Positions 28,041 to 38,569 of a stretch of DNA of 64,000 bases are shown here, in pieces. Each line of letters starts with the position of its first letter. Position 1 is the stretch's first letter. A program made the translations under genes and the position numbers. The DNA comes from an uncultured Clostridia bacterium (lineage in GTDB: Bacteria > Bacillota > Clostridia > Christensenellales > Borkfalkiaceae), in NCBI GenBank assembly GCA_944368795.1, contig CALVXE010000001.1:2465-66464 (forward strand), read 5' to 3'. The notes below the pieces were generated by a model. It saw nothing but the letters and a program-made list of their open reading frames with translations. It had not been told where the DNA came from and searched no databases.

Positions 28041-31000
28041 TTATACTTCCGTATAGGTATATGTTTTTATAAAATCGACCGTAAAACTCGTATGAGCTTT
28101 TCCCGAACCGATCGCCATTTCGAAGGTATCGGGATTGCCCACGTTCGCGTTGCGGAATTTAAATTCTCCGATGTACACCTCCGTCCCGAGCGCCTGTTTA
28201 TTATCCTTATCGCCGTCGCCGTAATAATTCCCCGTCAGGTAGACTTTACTCGTCTGCTGCGTATAATCGTTTACGACTTTTAAGGTATAATATTCGTTAT
28301 CCAGCAGATACAGATCTTTGCCGCCGAACTGTACGGTTTTCCAGCCGCTTCCGTCATGGTAGCGAAGCCTTCCCGTCTCGACGGCATACGTTACGACGCT
28401 GTCTCCTCCGGAAGTTTTCAGGAACATGATATTGGCAAATTCACTGTTCGATGAGGATTCATTCTTAAAACGGACCTCATGCGCCATGACGCCGCTGAAC
28501 TCATCGTCGAATACTTTTTTCAGCGAAACCTCGCCAGACGTCGGCGTTTTTAAGGTAACGTATCCATCGGCTGAATAATTGATCTGTCCGCCGCCCGACG
28601 TCGACTGCGTAAATCCGTCCGGAATTGCCGTTCCGGCAAAATCCTCCGCAAAGTCGACCTGCTCGAGTGAGGAATACAGTTCAAATTCATAGATCCTGGC
28701 AGAAACGCTTTCGCCGCTCTGTACCGGCTGCGTAATATACAGGCGCACATACTGCGCGGCAAACGGTTCTACGGCGCGGTCGGTCTGCCGAGAGGTATTC
28801 CCTTCCACCGTATCCACGTCGATCCAATCGTTGCCGATCTTTGCCTGCAGCCTGAAATTCTTCGTATTATAGTCGGCGCTTTCGCCTCCTGCCTGCGCAT
28901 GCAGCACCCGCCAATGACTGATGACGTATACGTCTCCCAAATCGATTTGCAGCCAGTAATTTCCCGTTCCGTCGCCCGGGGCCGTCTCTTCGCTGCGGCA
29001 GCTCCATTTGGTTGCGGAATTCCCGTCCACCGCATACGCCGCGCGCTCTACGGCGCTCGGATCGCTTCTCGGAGCCGATTCGCCGCTCGCGGTCGCCGTC
29101 TTGTTCAATGCGATGTTTACGTCTGACCCCGCCGCAATCGCAGAGCTAAGATCCTGTACGACGTCTACCTTCACCGAAGGGGCGTTTGCAGACACATTGC
29201 CGTTCGCCGCCATCGCCGCCACTTTGTAATAATATGTGCCCGTTGCGGCAAGGCCGACATATTCTTCCTCCGTAACTTCCGCCACCAGCGCGGAATCCGT
29301 CAAAGCAAAATCTTCGCTCGCGCCGCGATAGACGAGATATTTCGCTACCGAAACGTTCGCGGGCGCGGACCATGAAAGAGCGACGACGCCGCTTTGCGCA
29401 CGTTCGGCATCGGCCTGCAGATTCGTAACGCTGTCCGGAACGGTGAGGTCGTCTTCGAATTTCGCCCAATTGCTCGGCTCGGAGCCCATCACGAATTCCA
29501 GCGTGCCGCCCGCCATGAGCTGATCGTGCGTAAGCCAGCAATCGTTCAGGGGTTCGCCGTTAAAGGTGGCCGACTGCACATAGATATTGTCGCCTCCTGC
29601 ATTTACGCCTTTGATGACGAATTGATTCCCGTTCCCCAAGTTATAAGTGATTTCGGAAAGGTGCGTGCCGTGCAGATAGTAGTATTCCGTACCGGACATG
29701 GGGAAGAAACCGGAATGCAGGAACATATACATCGTGCTCATTCCGCCGCCGTCTTCATCGTTGTGGAAACCGCCCTCTTCCGGGAAAACGCTCAAAAATT
29801 CATTTGCATATTTTGCCGTGAGATCGGGACGGCGAATGCTTTGATGCGAGAACAGCCAGACCGTTTGGAACGCGGGCTCGTTATCGAAGCGGATATGCCC
29901 GTTTTCGCAGGCGTACTCAAGGCGCGACGTAAACCCGTAGCGGCCGCCCATCTTTTCGATCAATCTGTCCATATCGTGCACGGGATAAAAGGACCCTTCC
30001 CACAAATTTGCTTCATAATAATGCGAATTCCAACCGGCGGCCGCACTTGAAACCGATTCAAAATTGCCGTTCGCGTCCTTATTTTGCGCAAAGCCGGTAA
30101 AGCCGTCGCTGGTCAGATTTTCGTTCCAAATATTTTCCCAGCTGTGGGAACGCTCGGAATAAAACTCATAATCCTGCATGTAGCCCAACCCTTTTGCGAG
30201 CGTTGCGACCGCATAATCGTTGTAAGCAAAACCCATCGTTGCCGAAGATGGATACAGCCTGTAAGAATATGATTGCCCGTTTTGCGCCTTTTTATCCCCG
30301 TACTGATACCCGTCCTCAACATATTGCTCCGTACGAAGAGCCTGTGAATTCCCCTTCATTGCTGCGTAGGCATCTTCCCAATCCACGCCGTCGATACCCT
30401 TCACATACGCATCCGCTATAATGTTTTCGATATCGTTGCCGCCCTGGCCGCAGACGTATTCCTTCCCCTGAATATAGGCATCCGTAATCATGCCGTTTTC
30501 GTTGTAGCGGCGTATAAACGAATTGATATTGTCCGCTACCATATCCGGGCGCGTCAAGGTCAGGAAAGGAAACACGGACTTCCACGAATCCCAGATCGTA
30601 TAATAGTCGTCCCATTCGCCGTGATCGTTCGTGCGGTTGCGGGGATGGACGTTGGCAAAATACAGCGCGGAATAAAATTTGCTTTTCTGGTCTTCCGAAA
30701 CGCCTTCGCCCAATTCGACGGCGTGCAGGATATCGTTCCATTCGTCGGCGCTCTTTTGCTTAACCGATTCAAAATCCCAGTCGGGCAGCTGCTCTTTTAA
30801 AAAGTCTTTGGCTTTCTGCGCGCTTTCAAAGGAGATGGCGACCTTAACGGTGATCGCTTCATCCTCTTCCGTATCAAATTTTACATACGCCCCGAGCCGC
30901 GTGGAGGTAGAAGAACTCTCTGCCGTATAGGCTCCGCTGACGAGGTCATTCCCCAACCAAACGCCGATATCGGTCGGCTCTTTATCGAACTGAATCGCGA

Positions 31001-31733
31001 CATACATCTGCCAATCGGAAGGATTCCAATTGTTGGTAAACGTTCCGCCGCCAACGATCATGTTATTTTCGGCGTCGATATCGATGCTTCCGCTTTTCAA
31101 CGCAATATCCCCGCCGATCTTGCGGCTGATATCGATCAAAAGAGAAGAGCTGTCGCTTTCGGGGTATGTAAAGCGGTACATCGCCGCGTTATTGCTCGGC
31201 GTGATTTCCGCAAAGATATCATATGCGTCTAAACGAGCGGCATAATAGTTCGCCGTTCCCTGCTCTTCCGACACGGCCGAAGCATGATCGCTTTCCGATG
31301 TTTTGATCTCTCCCACCTGCGGCGAGATCAAAAAGTTGCCGTACGATTGATGGCCGCCCGTTCCCTGCGTATACAGTTGGCCGAACCCGACGACTTTTTC
31401 GCCCGTACGATAGCCGCCGTTTTCAGGATTCTGCGTTTCGGGACTGGGATGGATAGATCCGTTCGGCATGGTCGGACCCGCGATCGTCGCGCCCTTTGCA
31501 AGGTCGCCCGCCAGCGTATTTACATACTGTACGAGGGGTTCTTTTTCCTTGGTATCGCCTGTATCGCCGGGATCGTCCGTATTCCCCGGATCAGAGGGAT
31601 CGGAGGGTTCCGTCGGATTCGAAGGCTCTTGATTGTCGTCGTTCGGCGTTTTTGAACAAGCTGAAAAAATCGGAGTAACCATCATCAACGCACACAGCAA
31701 GAAAATTACGATTTTTTTAAACGCACTTCTCAC
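28041..31733 (-). CDS. GH92 alpha-mannosidase lipoprotein with FN3, F5/8 (CBM32-like) and C-terminal beta-sandwich domains
   Basis: Lipobox FSAC. GPTMPNGSIHPSP, IWDSWK, QGGND, FAYND, YYEAN, DNEP, DEDGGGMS and GGTLEFVMG..P. The start is GTG 31733 or TTG 31763. Confidence 0.9.
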   Translation of the reverse strand: MRSAFKKIVIFLLCALMMVTPIFSACSKTPNDDNQEPSNPTEPSDPSDPGNTDDPGDTGDTKEKEPLVQYVNTLAGDLAKGATIAGPTMPNGSIHPSPETQNPENGGYRTGEKVVGFGQLYTQGTGGHQSYGNFLISPQVGEIKTSESDHASAVSEEQGTANYYAARLDAYDIFAEITPSNNAAMYRFTYPESDSSSLLIDISRKIGGDIALKSGSIDIDAENNMIVGGGTFTNNWNPSDWQMYVAIQFDKEPTDIGVWLGNDLVSGAYTAESSSTSTRLGAYVKFDTEEDEAITVKVAISFESAQKAKDFLKEQLPDWDFESVKQKSADEWNDILHAVELGEGVSEDQKSKFYSALYFANVHPRNRTNDHGEWDDYYTIWDSWKSVFPFLTLTRPDMVADNINSFIRRYNENGMITDAYIQGKEYVCGQGGNDIENIIADAYVKGIDGVDWEDAYAAMKGNSQALRTEQYVEDGYQYGDKKAQNGQSYSYRLYPSSATMGFAYNDYAVATLAKGLGYMQDYEFYSERSHSWENIWNENLTSDGFTGFAQNKDANGNFESVSSAAAGWNSHYYEANLWEGSFYPVHDMDRLIEKMGGRYGFTSRLEYACENGHIRFDNEPAFQTVWLFSHQSIRRPDLTAKYANEFLSVFPEEGGFHNDEDGGGMSTMYMFLHSGFFPMSGTEYYYLHGTHLSEITYNLGNGNQFVIKGVNAGGDNIYVQSATFNGEPLNDCWLTHDQLMAGGTLEFVMGSEPSNWAKFEDDLTVPDSVTNLQADAERAQSGVVALSWSAPANVSVAKYLVYRGASEDFALTDSALVAEVTEEEYVGLAATGTYYYKVAAMAANGNVSANAPSVKVDVVQDLSSAIAAGSDVNIALNKTATASGESAPRSDPSAVERAAYAVDGNSATKWSCRSEETAPGDGTGNYWLQIDLGDVYVISHWRVLHAQAGGESADYNTKNFRLQAKIGNDWIDVDTVEGNTSRQTDRAVEPFAAQYVRLYITQPVQSGESVSARIYEFELYSSLEQVDFAEDFAGTAIPDGFTQSTSGGGQINYSADGYVTLKTPTSGEVSLKKVFDDEFSGVMAHEVRFKNESSSNSEFANIMFLKTSGGDSVVTYAVETGRLRYHDGSGWKTVQFGGKDLYLLDNEYYTLKVVNDYTQQTSKVYLTGNYYGDGDKDNKQALGTEVYIGEFKFRNANVGNPDTFEMAIGSGKAHTSFTVDFIKTYTYTEV

Positions 31734-31794
31734 TTTACATCTCTTTTCTGTTATTTTCCGCAACTTTGCGCAGAAATTTTGTCATCTTGCGCAA

Positions 31795-31840
31795 ACGTTA
31801 ACGTTCAACTAATTATAGGTCAAAACTTGTAATTTGTCAA
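31795..31840 (-). promoter_or_regulatory. Consensus SigA promoter (TTGACA-17-TATAAT) with LacI-type operator over the start site
   Basis: -35 at 31835-31840, -10 at 31812-31817 and ACGTTAACGTTCAACT at 31795-31810. Confidence 0.75.
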
Positions 31841-31850
31841 TACCTATTTT

Positions 31851-32447
31851 TTAAAAAACACACCTTTTCAAAAAATCTGGATCAATTTTCAAAGCGACCT
31901 TTTTGCCGAGATCCTGCAAAAATACGGCCTGTCCGGCATTACTCTTTTTCAAAGCGCAAACTGCAAAGAACTTTTCGAAGAACTGCTGAAACTTGCCAAT
32001 ATATCCGTATACAACGACGATATATATTTCCGCACAAGCCGCATACTGTTCGAGATCATAACACTCCTCGCCGAGCGCATGCAAACAAAGAGCTCTTTTT
32101 CCGCTTTGGCCGAAGAGATCAAACAGAAATTAGACAGCGCGATCATCGGAAAAACGACCGTCGAGCAGATCTGCTCCGAGCTGCACGTTTCAAAATCGCA
32201 GCTGACGCGCGAATTTAAAAAATATTATTCCGTTACACCGTATGCGTATCTGCTGCGGGCGAAACTTGAATTATCCAAACAGCTTCTTCTCGACGGAAGG
32301 CAATCGGTCAAAGAAATCGCGGATACCCTCGGTTTTACCGACGAGCACTATTTTTCAAATTACTTTAAAAAGAAAAACGGCTGTTCTCCCAAGCAGTTTA
32401 AGCTAAAAACATCCGTCGCCGGTAATGGCAGCGCAGAAAATTTATAG
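31851..32447 (+). pseudogene. 5'-truncated AraC family regulator
   Basis: The frame upstream of ATG 32079 reads PFQKIWINFQSDLF..., matching PYKKLWVNFSG of the intact AraC at 57225. It hits TAA at 31830-31832 with no start codon or RBS. The HTH (LGFTDEHYFSNYFKK..G.SP) is intact. Confidence 0.75.
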
Positions 32448-32469
32448 ACTTTTGCATTTTCAATTTTAC

Positions 32470-32510
32470 AACAGAGGCGCCCGCCGTTTTCGGCGGGCGC
32501 CTCTGTTTTT
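32470..32510. terminator. Intrinsic terminator between convergent genes
   Basis: AACAGAGGCGCCCGCCG-TTTT-CGGCGGGCGCCTCTGTT. Confidence 0.85.
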
Positions 32511-32521
32511 ACAGAATAGTT

Positions 32522-35500
32522 TTATTTTTCATTTGCATCATACCCGACGATTTCACCGACATAACTGCTTCCGTCGAGCGTTCCGTCATTGGTGCAGTCT
32601 TCGGAAACGGTCGAGCCCGCTCCGAGATATCCGCCGATACCTCCCACGTTGGTTACGCCCGTAACGTCGCCGTGATTTTTACAGGACATAACGGTTGAAG
32701 AAGTCGTGATCCAGCCGCAGATACCTGCAAACCCCTTGCCCTTTTCAGAACCCGCAGCGCCTTCGGCGCTTTCGACGAACAGAACGCTGCCGTAATTTGT
32801 GCAGGAAGTGATGGCGGCCTTATACGACCCGCCCATAATGCCGCCGCCGTAGCGGTGCGCGGAAATTTCTCCGTAGTTGACGCATTCGCTGACTCTGCCT
32901 CCGTACTGGCCGACAATCCCACCGGCATAATCGGTTTCTGCCTGTACCATGCCGTAATTGACGCAGTTTTGCACATCCTGCGTATTATAACCGGCAATGC
33001 CGCCGACCTGGAAATAGCCGTACACGTTGCCGTAATTTTCGCAGTCCTCGATCATCATACCCGCCGAATATACGTTGCCCGCAATACCGCCGACCCGACC
33101 CGTTGCGGAAGTCGCGGAAATTTCTCCGTAATTTTTACAGCCGCTGATCGTAGAAGCCGTGCTCAGCCCCGCAATGCCGCCCGCGCTGGTGCAACTTCCA
33201 GCAATCGTTCCGAAATTGCAGCAATCGGCAATCACCGCACCCGATGCCGCTTTGCCCGCAATGCCGCCGACTTCTTTTATATCGCCGCCGATACTGCCGT
33301 AATTGGCGCAGTTCTCCACTGTGGAAGCGGTAACGCTGCCGGAGATTCCGCCGACATCCGCCGCAACCACACCTTCTGCCGCCACAGAAATATTGCCGAA
33401 AAATTCGCATCCGGTGATCGACGTGCTCTTTTCCACCGTTCCCGCGATGCCTCCCACGACTCCTTTCGCATCTGCAAAATTGATATCGACATAACTGTAT
33501 ACATTGGCAATTTCCGCGCCCTGACCGTAATAGAACAGTCCGCCGACCCTGTTTTTAGCAGTGATCGAACCGTGCAGCGTTAAATTGCTGACCGAACCCT
33601 TCATGCCGCCGAACAGGCCTGCGCCGAGCTTCGTATCATCGTCAAACAGCATGTTCGCGATCGTGTATCCGTTTCCGTCGAAACTGCCGGCAAACCATTT
33701 GTAGGTAGTCGTCGTTCCGCCGTTATAGCCGATCGGCGTCCATGCGTGATTATTCAAATCGATACTGTTTGTAAGGATATAATAGATCCCGTCGCCGTAA
33801 GATTTATTTCCTGCAACTTTAATAGACTCCTGTGCCAAATACGCCAGCTGCGCGCCCGTTGCAATTTTATAGGGATCCTCCTGCGTGCCGGTGCCTCCGG
33901 CAAAGCCTTCCGCAACGGTGCCGTCCCATATGTCGCACATCGAATAGGTTACCGTATACGAAACGTCTCCCTCGATCCTTCCCGCGAGGAAGAAACGATC
34001 GGGCAAGTACCCTTCCACCGCCGGAGATTCCGTTTGTTCTTTCCCGTAAAGCGTTCCGTACGGCAGCTGCAAAACGAGGGTTTCGGGCGCTTCTTCGCCG
34101 CCGCTTTCAAATGCATACTCGACTTTCAGCTCGTATTGGCGAATCGTTTGCGTGAACACGCTGTAATATTCGGCATTTCCCGTTACGATCTCGTCTTCGA
34201 GGATCACAGGCTCCCCGTCGGGCGATTTCGCCCAGCCGGCAAATTCGTAGGTATATTGCGCATCCGCCTCCTTCGCGGGTTCGGCCTCCTTGTATTCAGG
34301 CGCAGAACCGTACGCAACCTGATACTCGACGCGGGTTTCGCCGTTGATAAAAGCTACGGTATATTCGTTGACCGTTTTCGTGAATACCGCGTAATAGGTT
34401 ATATCTCCCTGTATCGTTTCGGAAGAAAGGTCGATAATTTCGCCCTCTGCCGTCTTTGACCAGCCGGCAAAAATGTATGTGTACTGTGCATCCGCCTCTT
34501 TTTCGGGTGTGCCTTCCCATGCGGGAGTGCTGCCCTTATCTACTTTTTGCGACGTTTCTGCTCCGTCGATGTTCCAAGTGATCGTATACTGTTTTTTAAT
34601 CTGCTCGAACACCGCGTAGTACGTAGCGTTCCCCGTTACCGTTTTACCGGAAAGATCGATTGTTTCTCCTCCCTCCGTTTCCGACCAGCCTTTAAACACG
34701 AAATCGTAATCATCCGTCGAAGGCTTTTGCGGCGTGCCGTCGTAACCGAGCGCAGAACCATATTCCGCCTGCCTCTCGTCTTCCGTACCGTCGATCACCC
34801 AAGTGATCGTATATTTGCGGAGCACCGAGTCGAATACAGCCGTATACGTCGCATCGCCCGTAACATCGGGCAATTTGTCCTGCAGGGAATACTCTGCCTC
34901 GCCGTCGGTCCAACCCGCAAAATCATATTCGTATTCGGCGGTAGCCTGCTTTTCAGGCGTTGCGCCCGTATAGCGCGCCTCTTCGCCGTAAGCGATCTGT
35001 TCGGAAGAAAGTTCCTCCGTTCCGTTTACGAACTTGATCGTGTATTTATTGACCGTCTTGGAGAATACCGCATAAAATACCGTTTCCCCGCCTACAGTCA
35101 TCTCCTCTTCGGAAAGCACTTCTCCTCCGTCTGTTTTTGACCAGCCTGCAAATTTATATGTATATTGCGCGTCGGCCGCCTTGCTCGGCTCAGTGCCGTC
35201 GAAAACGGCTTTTGTACCGTATTCGAAATATTCTTCCTTCAAAACGCCGTCAACATTCCATGTTACCTTGTATTCGTTTTTGTCCGTTTTGAATACTGCG
35301 GTATATGTAACCTCTTTCGTTACGTTCGGCAAGTCTTCGCCGGCACCGTAGGCGGTTTGCCCATCCGACCAACCGTCAAAGATAAATGTTTCAGCGGCGG
35401 TTGCGGCTTTCGAAGGCTGTTGTCCGCGGAATTGAACGGCCGCGCCGTATTCAATCGAATCTTCCTGCAGCACGGTGCCTTCGCTGACAAATTTCACGCT

Positions 35501-35818
35501 GTACTTATTTTTAACCGCATTGAAAGCCGCAGTATATTCTGCATCCGCCATTGCCGGAGGCAGCGTTTCGAGCACGACCCCTTCCGCATCTTTCCATCCG
35601 GCAAATTGATACGTGTATTCTGCGGTCGCCTGCTTGACAGGCTCTTCCCCGCCGTAAGTTACTTCCGCACCCGCATCAAAGCTCTGTTCCCAAAGCACTT
35701 CTCCTTCCGCGTCTTTGAACGTGATCGTATATTCGGCCCCGCCGCCGCAGCCGACAAAACCGACCGCCAGCAACGCCGATGCTATGATTGCCATGACGCA
35801 CAGCCAAATTTTTTTCAT
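32522..35818 (-). CDS. Surface lipoprotein with about seven InlB-B/Listeria-Bacteroides-type repeats and a GLUG-like beta-helix
   Basis: Lipobox FVGC, ~70-aa repeats (P.K.A.A.YTY.F.GW), then WDG...GGTGT.EDPY.I, FAGSFDGNG and repeated GGIAG...C.NYG. Confidence 0.82.
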   Translation of the reverse strand: MKKIWLCVMAIIASALLAVGFVGCGGGAEYTITFKDAEGEVLWEQSFDAGAEVTYGGEEPVKQATAEYTYQFAGWKDAEGVVLETLPPAMADAEYTAAFNAVKNKYSVKFVSEGTVLQEDSIEYGAAVQFRGQQPSKAATAAETFIFDGWSDGQTAYGAGEDLPNVTKEVTYTAVFKTDKNEYKVTWNVDGVLKEEYFEYGTKAVFDGTEPSKAADAQYTYKFAGWSKTDGGEVLSEEEMTVGGETVFYAVFSKTVNKYTIKFVNGTEELSSEQIAYGEEARYTGATPEKQATAEYEYDFAGWTDGEAEYSLQDKLPDVTGDATYTAVFDSVLRKYTITWVIDGTEDERQAEYGSALGYDGTPQKPSTDDYDFVFKGWSETEGGETIDLSGKTVTGNATYYAVFEQIKKQYTITWNIDGAETSQKVDKGSTPAWEGTPEKEADAQYTYIFAGWSKTAEGEIIDLSSETIQGDITYYAVFTKTVNEYTVAFINGETRVEYQVAYGSAPEYKEAEPAKEADAQYTYEFAGWAKSPDGEPVILEDEIVTGNAEYYSVFTQTIRQYELKVEYAFESGGEEAPETLVLQLPYGTLYGKEQTESPAVEGYLPDRFFLAGRIEGDVSYTVTYSMCDIWDGTVAEGFAGGTGTQEDPYKIATGAQLAYLAQESIKVAGNKSYGDGIYYILTNSIDLNNHAWTPIGYNGGTTTTYKWFAGSFDGNGYTIANMLFDDDTKLGAGLFGGMKGSVSNLTLHGSITAKNRVGGLFYYGQGAEIANVYSYVDINFADAKGVVGGIAGTVEKSTSITGCEFFGNISVAAEGVVAADVGGISGSVTASTVENCANYGSIGGDIKEVGGIAGKAASGAVIADCCNFGTIAGSCTSAGGIAGLSTASTISGCKNYGEISATSATGRVGGIAGNVYSAGMMIEDCENYGNVYGYFQVGGIAGYNTQDVQNCVNYGMVQAETDYAGGIVGQYGGRVSECVNYGEISAHRYGGGIMGGSYKAAITSCTNYGSVLFVESAEGAAGSEKGKGFAGICGWITTSSTVMSCKNHGDVTGVTNVGGIGGYLGAGSTVSEDCTNDGTLDGSSYVGEIVGYDANEK

Positions 35819-35863
35819 ACATTCCTCCCTTCTTTTTTATAATGTATTTACACCGGATCCGCA

Positions 35864-38566
35864 TTAAAGCACCCGGATCTTTCCGAATCCGCTGTTTCCG
35901 CTCGCAACGCTTGTGGATGTAAGCTGGCCGCATATCTGATCGACGGAAGAATTTCCGACAACTGTACCGTAATTGATGCAGCCGATAACGTCTCCGTAGC
36001 CGTAATTGCTCCCCGCGATACCGCCGATGTAGCTTCCGTTGCTGCTGAGCGAGCCGTCGACGCGCGCCCGATTAATACATTCCGAAACGTATGCGCCGTT
36101 GCACGCCCCGATAATGCCGCCCGTATAACTGCCGTGAGCGAACACATGTCCGCGGTTTTCACACTCCGAGATCTTGGGCTGATACTCCGCCGACCCGACG
36201 GTCTTTCTGTCTCCGCGGCCGACTATTCCGCCTATAACACTGTTCGTGCCCGTATATGTACTGGAAACTTTGGCGTAATTCGTGCAATTTTCGATCGTAC
36301 TCGCAAATAATTCCGCGCGCTTGGTATCGATTTGCAGAGAACCGGCGATACCGCCGACCGAACTGGAAGCGCTCTTTACTTCGCCGTGATTTTCGCTGTC
36401 CCATACGCCGTACAAACTATACCCCACGATGCCGCCGCTGTTTGCGCCTGCCGCCTCGACCATCCCGCAGTTTACCGCATTGAAAACGGCTCCGCTTGCA
36501 TAGCCGCAAATTCCTCCGACATATTTATCTCCCTTCACACGGCCCTCGTTAACGCTGTTTTCCGTACCGGGGCCGGCCGCCTGCCCGACGATGCCGCCCG
36601 TATAAGCCGCCCCGAAAACGGGGCCGTAATTCGAACAATCGGCATAGATAAAATCACCGCTGCCGTAACCAACAACGCCTCCCGCGGCATTTTTTGTACA
36701 ATCGACCAACCCGTAGTTGACGCATTTCGAGACGGAAGCTTCTTCCGCCTTTCCGACCACACCGCCTACGCTGCCCGTCCCCGCGGATACGCGGACGGTA
36801 CCGTAATTGCTGCAGTTTTCCACGCGGCCTTCCGCGCCCGAGCAGCCGATCACACCGCCGAAGCGATAACATCCGCCGGCCCCGTTATCGGAAATGTCGG
36901 CATAATTGATACAGGCGTCCACGCTTCCGACGCCGTAACCGACAACGCCGCCGACGTTGCCGAATCCGACGACGCTGCCGTACGAGCGGCAACCGGAAAC
37001 TTCTCCCATATTGTTGCCGACGATAAGCGCCGTATATTTGGCCTCGGACTGCGATGAGCCGCTGACGGAAAGATTTTTAACCGTCCCCTTTGACGTGGAA
37101 AAGAGACCGTGCCCGGAATTCGCGTTGCTGTTCGCCAACGTACTTGCATATTGCATGTTCACAATCGAGTGGCCGTTCCCGTCGAAATTGCCCGCAAACG
37201 GCAGAGAATAGGACCCTATTGCCTTCCATGCGATATGATTCAGATCCAAATCATTGTTCAGGATAAAGTATTTTTCGCTGAAATCGTCGTACACCGATTG
37301 CTCCGCCAAATAGTACAGTTGTGCGCATTTGGTGATCACATACGGATCTTCCTGCGTTCCCTCGCCCGCCGCAAATGCTTCGCTCGAACCGTCCCAAACA
37401 TCAAATTCCGCATACGCAACGGTAATTTCCGTATCGCCGAGCATCATTCCCCTACATTGCGAAACACGGGGAGTAAGGCCTTCGTACACGGGCGAATCCA
37501 CACTGTAATTTTCTCCGTACGGGAGCGTTTCGGTAAACGAGCCCAACATTTCGTTTCCGTTTTTATAGGATATCGTCAAAGTGTATTCGACAGGCTGTTC
37601 TTCGAACACGGCTGTAAAAACGGAGTCTTCATATATTTCAGGAAGCTCGCGATATTCCAACCCTTCCATTTCCCAGTAAGAAAAAGTGTAGCTGTATCTT
37701 TCGTCCGTCTCTTTCTCCGGCAATATTTCCGGCTCTTGCGGAACTGTGCCGTACACGACTTCTCTCTCTTCCACCAATTCTCCCTGACTTTCGAAACGGA
37801 CGGTGAAGGTATTATAAATCGGTTCAAATACGGCAGAATAGACTTTTTCTTCCGTCGCAACGGGAAGAGGATCGCCTGCGGGATAAAAATTCTCCCCGCT
37901 TTGCCATCCTTTGAATACATAGGAACAGGCTTCCGTCTTCTTTTTATACGGAGTTCCGTAAAACGCAGGTTCTTTGTTAATGGCAACGGGAATATATAAA
38001 GTTTCTCCGTCAACTTCAAACCCGATCAAATAGCCGTCTGTAACCTGTATTTCGGCAACATAGCGCTGATCGCCCTTCACCTCCGCAAATGCCTTGTCCC
38101 AGCCAATGATCTCGATTTTCATGCCGTCTTGGGTAAACACGCTTTCTCCGTCGTATGCGGGCATTTCGCCGTATCCGTACAGTTTTTCGTATTCTTGCCC
38201 GGCGACTTCAAAGATAACCTTGTACTCTCTTCTGACCTCGCGGTATGCGGCCCTGATCACCGTATTTTTCTCGATGGCGGGAAGCGCATCATACAGCACG
38301 CCGTCGATTTCCCAGCCGCAAAACACATACGAATTCTCAATTGTTTCGGCCTTTTCGGGAATCTCCCCCGAATATGCCGGTACCGTACCCGATTCGATTT
38401 CTGAAATCTGCAGAATGTTCCCGCGATCGTCGACGAAATTAACGGTTACATACGCAGATTTCCCCTGTTCGCCGCCTCCGCAGGAAACAAGAGCAAGCGC
38501 ACTTATCAAGAGCAGGAGCGTTACAAGTATAACTGTCCATTTTTTCATTTTCCCAAATCTCCTCAT
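35864..38566 (-). CDS. Surface lipoprotein with about four InlB-B-type repeats and a GLUG-like beta-helix
   Basis: Lipobox LVSC and the same architecture as 32522..35818. The start may be ATG 38548. Confidence 0.82.
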   Translation of the reverse strand: MRRFGKMKKWTVILVTLLLLISALALVSCGGGEQGKSAYVTVNFVDDRGNILQISEIESGTVPAYSGEIPEKAETIENSYVFCGWEIDGVLYDALPAIEKNTVIRAAYREVRREYKVIFEVAGQEYEKLYGYGEMPAYDGESVFTQDGMKIEIIGWDKAFAEVKGDQRYVAEIQVTDGYLIGFEVDGETLYIPVAINKEPAFYGTPYKKKTEACSYVFKGWQSGENFYPAGDPLPVATEEKVYSAVFEPIYNTFTVRFESQGELVEEREVVYGTVPQEPEILPEKETDERYSYTFSYWEMEGLEYRELPEIYEDSVFTAVFEEQPVEYTLTISYKNGNEMLGSFTETLPYGENYSVDSPVYEGLTPRVSQCRGMMLGDTEITVAYAEFDVWDGSSEAFAAGEGTQEDPYVITKCAQLYYLAEQSVYDDFSEKYFILNNDLDLNHIAWKAIGSYSLPFAGNFDGNGHSIVNMQYASTLANSNANSGHGLFSTSKGTVKNLSVSGSSQSEAKYTALIVGNNMGEVSGCRSYGSVVGFGNVGGVVGYGVGSVDACINYADISDNGAGGCYRFGGVIGCSGAEGRVENCSNYGTVRVSAGTGSVGGVVGKAEEASVSKCVNYGLVDCTKNAAGGVVGYGSGDFIYADCSNYGPVFGAAYTGGIVGQAAGPGTENSVNEGRVKGDKYVGGICGYASGAVFNAVNCGMVEAAGANSGGIVGYSLYGVWDSENHGEVKSASSSVGGIAGSLQIDTKRAELFASTIENCTNYAKVSSTYTGTNSVIGGIVGRGDRKTVGSAEYQPKISECENRGHVFAHGSYTGGIIGACNGAYVSECINRARVDGSLSSNGSYIGGIAGSNYGYGDVIGCINYGTVVGNSSVDQICGQLTSTSVASGNSGFGKIRVL

Positions 38567-38569
38567 GCT

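Noticed and set aside
29700-30030. GH92 as a mannose-1-phosphodiester uncapping enzyme
   Set aside because: The putative catalytic acid appears retained as Glu (YYEAN), whereas the characterised uncapping GH92 has Gln there.
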